A stretch of 64,000 nucleotides of DNA from contig CM041465.1 in the NCBI GenBank assembly GCA_023213395.1, forward strand, positions 246,953,741 through 247,017,740. Reading direction: 5' to 3'. The notes below the pieces were generated by a model. That model did not search any database. It was not told where the DNA came from and saw only the letters and a program-made list of their open reading frames with translations. The translations under genes were made by a program, and so were the position numbers. Below, in pieces: positions 25,091 through 35,913 of the stretch (position 1 is its first letter; each line of letters begins with the position of its first letter). Source of the stretch: Cycas panzhihuaensis. Lineage: Eukaryota > Plantae > Cycadophyta.

Positions 25091-26399
25091 AGCCAATTGA
25101 GGTACTACCCCATAATGAACCTAAATTATGGCTTCAAAAATTCACTTATTAAAGAGCCTAAACTATACTAGGTTAAATACTTTCCCCCTGAGACTCTTGT
25201 TTAGGGAGGCATCACTCTAAAATTTAGTATAAACTATATGTATATACATCACTTTCTAAAAATATAAAAAATTTATAAAATCTCAAAACAACAAAAATAT
25301 GTCTATCTCTTACCCCTTTGTTTCTAATCCTATTATCTGTCTTAGGCCTCCCAAGACTCTACCTTTCCCCAAGCTCAACTTAGTATGGTAGTCTTTAGTT
25401 ATAGATCTAAATAGTTGGCTTCTCTCTTTGGTACCACACTCTACTAAAGTAATTTCTTTCACTTCTAAGTGAGTTAGATGCATATATAACATTATAACTT
25501 TATCTTATTCTATTCACATAAATAGTTCCTTCCATATTTTTAACAATCAAAGGATCATTTAGCTTTTAGCCAATTGGTAAGTCAAGCATTTGATAGTCTT
25601 TTCATCCACCCTTAACAACCTATAAGATATCTTCTCATAGATTGAAATTTAGTTGTATGGGTAACTTTAACTTGTCCCTCTTCTTCTTGGTGCACTATAT
25701 ACCCAATGCTAAAGTGAGCTCCATTGGTTGTACTCCTTCCACTCCCTAGTAGTTAGTCATTCAAGGTTTTCCCTTTCACCCTCAAAGATACTCTGATCAA
25801 ACATCCTATAAATACTTGCAGTTCATCTCTTAAGGGTATAACCTTAGTTTATTTATTACCCATACTTCTTTAGATCCTAATACCTTATGATTTTCTTAAT
25901 TATAATTATACTCTCCAAATTTATTATTCATCCATATCCACTATACCTCAATGAAGATTACATGATGATCATAATCAACCTATCCCTTATTAGGCATGAG
26001 GGTAGATAAAATATGCTATCAAAAAACTAGGTTCAATGATGTGAGGTTTACCACAACCCTTATTTGAATCATCATATGGAGTAATATGCTTCTCTCAAAA
26101 AAAAGGGATTTTTATACATTAATATATGTACCCTCTTGGCATCAAGGGTAAGTTATGTGTTGACTTCATCCTCGCATACAACTTATAATTCAAATCTAAT
26201 TATATGCATCATTCAAGAGCTTCTAATCTAGTTGCTTGGGCCTATCATGATCTTAATTATAATCAAAACTTATTTAACACTCGAGAGGTTATATGTTAAT
26301 TTTGGAAAAGGCAGTTCTAGTAATGAAACCAAACCATAAGGGCTATTTCTCTCATAATTATTCAATTGAAGTTAAGCCATCTAAGTTAGGTCATAACCT

Positions 26400-26870
26400 T
26401 GATAGTTGGTTGCCACATCTTACCCTTATTCATTAGCCTATCTTTGAGTTTTTGTCTTTTTCCCATGTGATTTTGAGCATTTATACTAATAGTGGGAGCT
26501 AAGGGAATTTGGAGACATCTACTATAATATGGGTCATACATGACCATAGGGGGACTATCCTCACTAATGTTGAATTCTTTATACTGCAATTAACTAATAA
26601 CATAACAGAATATTTGGTTGTCATTGGAGCCCTTACTGATGTTTTTCACTTTTGTTATGGGTTGATTAACCTTTTTACAAATTCTCAAATCATAGTGTAC
26701 TAACTCACTCATGTCTACCAAACTTGCTCAAGTCACTTGTGTTACTTGCTCAATATTATCACCTCTCTAATAATACACTTTACATCTATGATTATCTAAC
26801 ATATCTTGTGAATCTAAAATGTTGAAGCTAACCCACTCATCTCCCATATACTTGATCACCATCATTAGTA
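26400..26870 (+). pseudogene. Archaeal-type RNase H (aRH) module downstream of integrase in Tat-1
   Basis: ORF 26509-26703: IIWVIHDHRG..LTNNITEYLVVIGAL..LFTNSQIIVY; downstream HIL*I*NVEAN (~26800-26832). Fits the aRH motifs TNNxAEY / DSxLVV / HIPRxxNxxAD. Confidence 0.8.
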
Positions 26871-27399
26871 GCTTTATCATGATAAGTTGGTGGCATCTAT
26901 TACTTTAAATATAATTTAAGCCTACCTACCCTTCCTCTAGGACCTATACTTAGGGGCATAATCACTCTATAATTAGTATAAACCATGACTCTAAAAATCC
27001 ACCTACTAAAGAGTCTAAACTATGGTAATTATATCTATCCTCATAAATGGATTCTTCACTCTGTAATGAATTTAAAATAATACAAATGCTTTAACTTTGA
27101 AGGCCCATAAAAGGAAAAATCCAAAAACGTTTAAATATTACCAAAATCCAAAAAAAATATTATGACTATAAATACTCATAAGATGTAGCTATGATAAAAG
27201 AAAATATCCATTTATACATCACTAATGACATTGATTATGTTGGGGGGGGGTGGTGTTGGCGGTGAAGATAGGGAGAAACCAAGGTCAGAGTCAATAAATA
27301 TGGTTCTAATTTGATACAAAATATATGTATCATAATGGTACAAAACATATGATACAAGGTGCACTATATAGTAATATAAAGTATAATGTAGCCATATCA

Positions 27400-28090
27400 C
27401 TTCCATGGGCATTAAACATCAAGCTCATCATCAAGCCATACATCGTCCCTTCCCTCTAACCATAGAGTATATTCATGTCCCTACCCTAAAACACTCATGT
27501 CCCACTTATAGTAGCTAGTTTCATGCATTTTAGGGCCATTATGAGCTACCTTGACTGCCCTATATCTAATGTGTATAGGTAAGAGACCCTTCTCCCTTAT
27601 GAGTGCTAACCTGTATTTGGTGAATGCTCTGGCTAGTTAAAGGGGTAGTATGTCCACCTACCTAAAGAATTGTCATCTATTAGAGATATCATCTATCCTC
27701 CTCTATAGCCTTCAATTACACCTCTAACCTCCTTAACTCTATATCCTAAGTATAGTCTTAAGTATCCAACTGCCCGTGAACCTCTATCTCTCACACCACT
27801 ATCCATACTTTTAGCTCTTTATACATATCTCATGCTCTAATAATAGGTGTAAAGTATTGGGTATGAGGGCTTAGGAACTTAAGATCCTTATCCTGCCAAA
27901 TTGGTAGCTCACTTAGCCCATAAACATAAGAAAGGAGACTATCTAGGGTGCACCTCATAAAAGTCATGTCTAACCTATTTCCAACTGCACATACCTATCA
28001 TAAAGAAATTAGTCATCTCTCCACCAAAAAGCCAATAAAAAGAAATTTTAACAAACATAAATTAAGTAAATAAAAATAGCTTAATAAATA
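27400..28090 (-). pseudogene. Downstream exon and intron end of the antisense accessory (PMD) gene of Tat-1
   Basis: Purine-rich decayed coding-like tract on the minus strand resembling Tat-2 42056-42645, preceded by a T-rich tract ending in gatag|gtatg (~27990-28090). Confidence 0.5.
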
Positions 28091-28849
28091 ATGGTATGAA
28101 AAGAGTGGATCTATCATTCATCTCCATGCACTAAACATAAAGGCAAACATGGGAACAAGAGAGACTTGAGAGAAAGAGATAAGTTCTTACAAAATGGGGA
28201 GGTAAGAATGAGCCTCCTCCATTGAGCTTTTACTTTTACATTGAGAAAGGAAGCATTAGAGTTAGGTGAAATGAAATTACACATAATACACATGAAAGTG
28301 TATTTCACTTAAGTAATCTAATTTAAAGTTCACTTAAGACCCTTTTTAGAAATAATCAACTAATATAATGACCTTATGACATTAACCCATTTCAATCTCC
28401 CCCTTAATGGTAGGTGGTCATTTCATCCTATTTTATTCTATCTTATGAGGTCTTTATTTGAGCCTCTTACAAAGCAAACTACTATGACACTTTTGTGGGA
28501 AACTCTCATGGAGAAGAAAACCCATAGATTTTCTAATCTACTAACCTGGCTCAGGTGGCTCTTTAAATGAAGCCAGATAACCAATTAGTACAATGAATTT
28601 TGTAGCTAAAATCTACTGAGTTTCCATATACAGTGTGGTCATTCCCCATGCCCTTTTGGGTTTTCACATGTTCTAATTTTTTAAAATGATACAACCCTCA
28701 TCCTTTCGTGTCCATAAAGGGGTTTTCACGAATGGGATAGAGCAGAGACTTACTTTTATCCTTTCATGCCCATAAGGAGTTTTCATGAATGAGGTAGATT
28801 ATGATGGTCACATTGTCATCTCCTTTAATCAGTCAAAGATGGAGGCCCT

Positions 28850-31800
28850 AAGGCTGAGTTTCCTTCAAAATTATTCAAACTCCACCCTCTTCAATAATTT
28901 GGTGAAGATATCAACCACTTGATCTATTGTGGGGTAGTACTTAAGTTGAATTATGCCATCATGAACTAATTCTTTAATCTTATGGACTTTTGTATATATA
29001 TGTTTGGTATGATCATGAAATATAAGATTTTTAGCTATTTGGATTGTAGATCGATTATCTACATATAAGCTAGTAGAACTTGTTCGGGTGGCATTTAATG
29101 TATTCAACAATTTTCTAAGCCATATCACCTCCTTGATTGTCTTAGAAGTAGCAATATATTCAACTTTGACAGTTGAGTCTGTAACTATCTTCTTCCATCT
29201 AGATCTCCATGATATTGGTATTGTTCCAAGAAATGTTGTGTACCTAGATGTAGATCTTTATGTGTCTTTATCTATGGCAAAGTTTGAGTCTTTGTATACA
29301 TAAAGTTTAAATTTTGCATTAGGTTCATACAACAGACCATATTTGCTAGTCATCTTTAGGTACCTTAACACTTGTATTATAGCTTGTTAGTGATTCTGCT
29401 TAGGATTTGTCATGAATCTTATAAGAATACTAATAGAGTGTGTAATATCTAGCCTTATGTTAGTAGTATAGATGAGATTACCTATAAGTTGCCTATAGAG
29501 TGTTACATCTACCTCCCTAGTGTCACCATTAACTGAGAGTTTAACATTAGGTTCCATAGGTATATCCATTGGTCGAGTACCTTCCAACTGAAACTTTGTT
29601 AGAAGATCATTGATATATTTTTCTTGGGAGAGAAATATTTTGTCATTCTTTTGCATTACTTCAATTCTTAAGTAATATTTCATCAACCCGAAGTCAAACA
29701 ATTCAAAAGTTTTAGTAAGGTCTTTCTTTAATTGGTTGATTACTTGTTCACTATTCCTTGTTATTAGTATATCATCCATAAAGATTAAGAGGTAAGTGAT
29801 TTTATCATTTTGGTGCTTGATGAATAGTGCTACATCAATGTCTTGATAGTCACAAACCTCATATCCATTTTGTCTCATTCTTTTAGACAACTTGGTAAAC
29901 TAAGCATGAGGGGCTTATTTTATGCCATATAAGGACTTTCTGAGCCTGCAAACCTTATGCTTCTAACCGATAATCTTGTATCCTTTTAGCTAAGCCATGT
30001 AAATTTCTTCTTTAAGATCCCCATTAAGAAATATAGTCTTAACATCGACTTGGTGGATTTTCTAACCTTATTGAGCAGCCAAGGCTATAAGAGTTTTGAT
30101 TGTAGGACACTTGGTTATAGGAGCAAAGATTTTTGTGTAGTTGATGCCTTCCCTTTGTGCGAATCCTTTTGCTACTAGCCTTACCCTGTGTTATTCTAGG
30201 GTGACATATGATCTATACTTATTTTTGAAAACCTATTTATTTTAAACTACCTTTCTTCTAAGTGGTAGATTAATAAGCTCCCATGTATCATTCTTGATAA
30301 GAGATTAGTACTCTTCGTTCATGGCATTTCTCCAAGTTGCATGCTTTATAGCTTCTTAGTATGTTAGGGGCTCTTTATTAAGAGTAAGGTGCAGTTCTAT
30401 TAGTTTAACCTCAATGAAAAGTGATTCATGCATCCTTGCTCTATGGGCACTTCTAGTGCTAGTTTTGCATATCTCATATGATCGTATGTCCTTATGTAGC
30501 TGGTAGGCTTTACAAAAACCTCAAGTTGGAAATGAGGTTTTCATTTCCATAGCCTCTTGGTCTTTATTTTGATCCTGGAAAGGATCATGTGAAATGTTTG
30601 GCATGGAGAAAGTTAACGATGCTAGAGAAGATGGCCCTTCTACTATGGATTTACCTTTGTGAACTTGGCTATTCATAAATGATAGTGTTGGATGTGTACA
30701 CATTGGCTGGGAGTCACAACTTATATCCTCTGGGGCTCTATTATCATATTCTAATATTTTGAGCAACTGTTAAGCATCTCCCCCCTTAAATTTTAGAATT
30801 TAGACATCAAATTTAGTAGCATCATTAAATCAATATAAAGGTATCTTAAAGTCAAGTCTGAATAATTGATCTTCAGTCTCTGCAAAGCTAACATCTCTAG
30901 TGATGATAATTTTACGTTGTGAAGGTATAAAAACTTTGTACCTCTTTTTGTCCATAGGGTATCTGACAAAGATACCTTTAAGGGCTCTATCTTAGAGCTT
31001 ATTTATGTGTTCCTCCAGAATGTGAGCATAATAAGTAGAGACAAAAATTCTGAAGTGGGAGATAGAGGGGGTTTCTCCATACCACATTTCATGTGAAGAG
31101 GGGCCAAGATTGGAGGGACTAATAGTGTTGATATAATACATAATAGTCTAGATAGCCTCAGCCCAAAGATAGATAAGGACATCCTTATATACCAACATAG
31201 CATGAGCCATGTTCATGATAGTCCTACTCATGCGCTCGGCAACTCCATTTTGCTGAGGTGTACCTACAATAGTGGTTTGATGCTTGATTCCATGTTGACG
31301 TAGATATAATTAAAACTCATTGGACATGTACTCACAATTATTGTTAGTCCTGAGTATTTTAATCTTGAATCCATATTTATTTTCCACACAGGGCTTGAAA
31401 GCTTAAAACATAGAAAAAGCTTTATCTTTCTTTGCAAGAAAAGCAACCCATTCTTTCTTGGTTAGATTATCTCTAATTACTGGATTTGGGTCCAAGTTGA
31501 TTATTGTGGCCTTGGCCTTGAGACTATTTTTGTTAGAGTTAAGGAGCTTGTTGACCAAGAAGATGTTATCCTTATTGTCTACCTTTACCTCTTCCACAAG
31601 GATTACTACCTCTGCGAGAGTATTGGCCTTGATTTTTAGTATAAAAAATATCTTCTTCCACTTCAAAAATAGCATCAATAGGATCAGATGTAGTGGCAAA
31701 GTTGGTATCAAAGGTCTTATCAAATTCAATGAATTTATCAGTAAGAGCCTTAAAATTTAGGGTCTTCAAAGTGCCACTAAATTAAAGATTTTCTAGTAGA

Positions 31801-32335
31801 TTTTTGTAATCTAGAATATGGAGACATGCCTAATTTAAGAAAGCCCATGTAATACATTAAGTTTTAAAATCTTTATTAATGGCTTACTTGATTGGATGAA
31901 GTAGATTGATTGTCTCACTTGCATATCCTTTTTATATTTTTAATTTGTTCATCTTCAGCACTAAGTGAACAAATTCTAAGTATGATTTAATGTCAAAATT
32001 CTTCTTAAAAACTTCAAGAACTTTCTATGATGTATCATGTATAGCTTCATTAATAAGATTATACAAGGAATAATCAGTGACAAGAAGTATCCCTGCATGA
32101 ATTTTATCATAATCAAGTTCCTATTAGCGTTTAGTTGTAGCTTCAGTGAGAGTAGTTATCACACCTCCAGAAGCAGTTGAGGTAGTTGTAACTGCAATAA
32201 ATAGTGTAAGTTATAAGTGATCTCTCTAAAGACCTTCATACTTTACAATATTTCTAATACCAATGAATCATATGTCCCAATTTTCTTTCCCTTTAAGAAT
32301 GTAGTTTGCATTTTGCTTGAACTATGAAGACATGG
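28850..32335 (-). pseudogene. copia gag-pol pseudogene (gag, partial integrase, RT, RNase H)
   Basis: RNase H LYVDNRSTIQIAKNLIFHDHTKHI (ORF 28871-29128); RT LLIFMDDILITR..YRQLIGNLIY (ORF 29387-29890); RLVAKGFAQREGINY (~30140-30180); integrase QQNGVAERM (~31230-31255); gag ~31550-32335. INT lies before RT, the copia order. Confidence 0.94.
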
Positions 32336-32480
32336 TGTCTTTTGATAAGGGAAGAAATAAATAAGGGACTATAAAAGTGATGGCAATAAATGACCAATAA
32401 TTATTTATAAGTAGTGTAGAAAAAGGAAGGAGAAGTGAGAATGGTTGCTCAAAGATTAAAAGAGCAACTTAGAGAAAAGT

Positions 32481-32684
32481 CACTAACACTTGTGACAAAT
32501 ATTAACCTAATACAACAAGAATATAAGAAGCACTATAATGAAAATTGGCCACTAACACTTATGGCAAATATTAAACTGATGCAGTAGGAATATAAGAAAT
32601 ACTATGATGAAAATTAGCCACTAACACTTGTGGAAAATATTAACCTAATGCAGCAGGAATATGATAAGCATTATGATTATAATT
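32481..32684. repeat. Three tandem 69-bp repeats in the copia leader
   Basis: Units start cactaacactt at 32481, 32550 and 32619. Confidence 0.92.
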
Positions 32685-33585
32685 ACACTATGGATCACAT
32701 TTTACAAATAAGTAAGTGATTAATATACAAGATTATAGGCCAATGTAGAAGCTAACATCATTGGATGTACACAGCTTGAAACACAAATGTAGGATGTCTA
32801 CTCATCCCAATAACCTCTAACTTGTGTTTAACATATAGTTGAGGTTGTTAAAGGGATGCCTAGGCTTATAGTAGAATTAAGTTGGCATTCACCCATGATA
32901 CTTGCAATTGTTCTTGGTGATGAAATCAAAGTCACAACAAAGCCCAGGTACTCCCAATCCTCACCAAGTTCACTAATGAGCAACCATATACCTCCTTTAA
33001 AGAGTGGTACATGTATTACCATGGCTATAATAGATATTAGATTAGGTATATTTTAATCTTATTTTTAAAGTTTCAGTTTTCTTGGTTGGTTATCAAGATG
33101 ATCCCTAATTAAGGCATAATGGTATGACTAACCAAACCTTACCAATATTCTAGTTTAGTCCAGTCCCAACTTAAAACCCATACCTCCTTTATGGAATGAT
33201 ATTCTACCAACTAAGGTATCTCAACCTTGGCAAGTATGTGAACAAGTATAAGATGGAAGAAAATAATGTATGTAATATGTTCCTTTTAGGGAGAGTGAAA
33301 AGATTATCGAATTTACATCAAATGTGCATATAACTAAAGAATATAATGCTTACTTGGAGTGCTTTGGAGTGTTTGCTTGGAGTGTCTTTAAAGTGCTTAC
33401 TTGAAGTGATTTTGGAATTTTGAAATGTAATGTTAACAACTGAGTGAGGACATCAGATATTGCTCTGATCTAAGTGTTTTTTTACTTGCTTTTACAATGG
33501 GATTTTAAGCCTTATAAAAAGAAGGAAGAAAATTTCTTCACTTTTCTTTTTTTAATACAAAAAAGGTAGTCTTTACTAAATTAGT

Positions 33586-33888
33586 AATAACTTTCTCCCA
33601 CAATAACAAAATTGAGTGCCAATTTTTATGCTACAAACTAGACTTAGAGCTTCATCTTTAGGAAGTAGAATTAGGTCCAAATGAGTTCTAGAAAATTTTT
33701 TGTAGTCCTACAAAGTTAGAAGACTAAAAATAATTGTTGTTCACCAAAATAATAATAACTTTCTCATACAACAATGAAATTGAGTGCCAATTTTTGTACT
33801 ATAAAGTAGACTTAGAACCTCATCTTTAGTAATTAGAATTAGTTCAATTGGAGCTCTGTAGAAGATTTTATAGACCTATGAAGTTTAG
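33586..33888. repeat. Tandem duplication (period about 167 bp) in the copia leader
   Basis: taataactttctc..aaattgagtgccaattttt..tagacttaga..catcttta at 33586 and 33753. Confidence 0.9.
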
Positions 33889-34606
33889 CAAGTAAATTTT
33901 ATTTTTACAGAAATTTTAGCTTGTTAATATCTCATTAATACATGATACCATATGAAATTTCCATCATTTTTTTATCACCAAGATCCCAATATAGGAAAGG
34001 TGAGAACATATAATGATGGATATGCTATGATAAGAGGGGAAAGAAAAGAATAATGGGATAGCATAAATGGTCACCAAAGCATTAGAATCCTTGGGCCTTA
34101 CAACTCCTTTCATTATGCTTCCAAACTTGCAAAAGAGAAAGGAAAAGTAAATAATACTAAATATACTATGATAAGAACTTGAAAATATTTCTTAATCCAC
34201 TTTCATAATCTTCTTCACCACATGGATTGTGGGGGAGAAGGAAGTGATGACTCCATTGTAAGTGCAAGTGAGGAATATGAAGGAAGCAAGCTCTAGTACC
34301 ACATGAAAAGAGTGGATCTATCCTTCATCTCCATATATTAAACGTAAAGGCAAGCATGGGAGCAAGAGAGACTTGAGATAAAGAGAGAAGCTTTCACAAA
34401 ATTGGGAGGTAAGAATGAGCCTCCTCCATTGAGCTTTTACTTTAATATTAAGAGAGGGAGCATTAGAGTTAGGTGAAATGAAATTACATATAATGCACAT
34501 GCAAGTGCATTTCACTTAAGTGATCTAATTTAAAGTTCACTTAAGACCCTTTTTAGAAATAATCAACTAATGTAATGACCTTATGATATTAACCTATTTC
34601 ATGGTA

Positions 34607-35210
34607 CATACCATCTCCACCTCTAGCTATATTGCCCTATGGTACTCTTACATCCATCCTTAGTTCCACAATGCCATCAAGTTATTATAATGCCATAATT
34701 ACCTTTGCATTACCCCCATCACCTCCTCCCCCATCCATATGGGCCTTGGCCACCCCTCTATCATCTCTATCTCTATTAAGATCTATTTAAACTTCATGAT
34801 TACTATTACCTCCATCCCCTCTAATGCCCATCTCTTCCCCTTCCTTGTGGTGGAGGGGTGGGGGACCATAAGCAACAACCTCTACCATATATTCCTTATC
34901 ATCAGACCATGGGAGCATCCCCTCATATGGATTCACAATGTATTAGTTGTGTGTTATCATGTTCAATCTAGGGCTATGTAGGGTATGTGGTCTAGCCTCT
35001 CTACGAATCTAAGCTCCCATGTGCCATTGGTTTATTATCGAGTCCATCATTATCAACTTACTTAGCACTCTTACTAGTCGAGTCAATGGTATATAATCAT
35101 ATAACCAACATAATAGTATCAATATCTAAGAGAATCTGCCCTCACCATTATGGTGGATATGGGACAACGAGTGGTGTATACTATCAAGAACATAACCTAC
35201 CCAATTATAA
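34607..35210 (-). pseudogene. Antisense Plant Mobile Domain (PMD) remnant of Tat-1, N-terminally truncated
   Basis: Minus strand gives ILLCWLYDY (~35095-35120) and LD..YIVNPY (~34925-34975), homologous to Tat-2 MLL*CWFFDH (~41380) and LD..YKVDPY (~41525-41565). Ends in a donor-like g|gtatgt at ~34612. Confidence 0.62.
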
Positions 35211-35913
35211 CTCTATTTGAAAAATGTGACCTTGTATTAAAAAATGAGACCTATAAAAACACTAAAAATGTGACCAATATTTTGATTATATATATCTTTT
35301 TATATTATAGGTCATGTTTTTTAAAATAAGCCTACATTCTTTAACTTAAGCTTGTAGTTTTTAATAGGAGCTTGTGTGTTTAAATAGCAAAGTCTAAAAT
35401 TAAAAAAAAAACTTGGAAACCCATTAGATATTACATCTGGTAAACCATCCCTCTGACCTAAGGCTCCTAGTCCTCATAAAATCCTAATCTAATGGTTAGA
35501 TCTCCTATAATGATTAAGGGTTAGCTCTGGTAATACCTCATCTCCTATCTTTAAAATCACCAAAATAAACCTTCTTATCTACTAAAATGGAATATAAACC
35601 CTACCCCTCTAACTAGCATACTATCTAAAGAATCCTAATCCATTGCTTAATCATCTCCAAACAAGTTCCTTATTGATTTTGTATGTGCATTGACCTTATA
35701 CATACTTCTAATCAAGTCTTTAAAGAATTCTTCACTATTATGATCTTTCACTCATATTCAAATGAGAACCTTTTAACTCTGAAAGTGACTTTTTTGAAAC
35801 ATTGCCTTGTTTATAATCTAAAGACTCCATTTTCTCTCAATAACATATTTTTCATAGTTTAGTTGACCCATGTAATCCCTATTATATTTATCCCTCGAAA
35901 GCCTCATAGTATC

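Larger units (their letters stand above)
28097..34601 (-). mobile_element. Ty1/copia LTR retrotransposon, internally deleted, decayed
   Basis: 298-bp LTRs 28097-28394 and 34304-34601 (TGAAA..TTTCA); TSD TGGTA (28092-28096, 34602-34606); reverse-complement PBS gctctagtacca 34290-34301; reverse-complement PPT atctccccctt 28395-28405. Confidence 0.96.

Noticed and set aside
32481-32684. CRISPR-like regular repeats
   Set aside because: Whole units are repeated with no unique spacers; eukaryotic retrotransposon leader; no cas genes.
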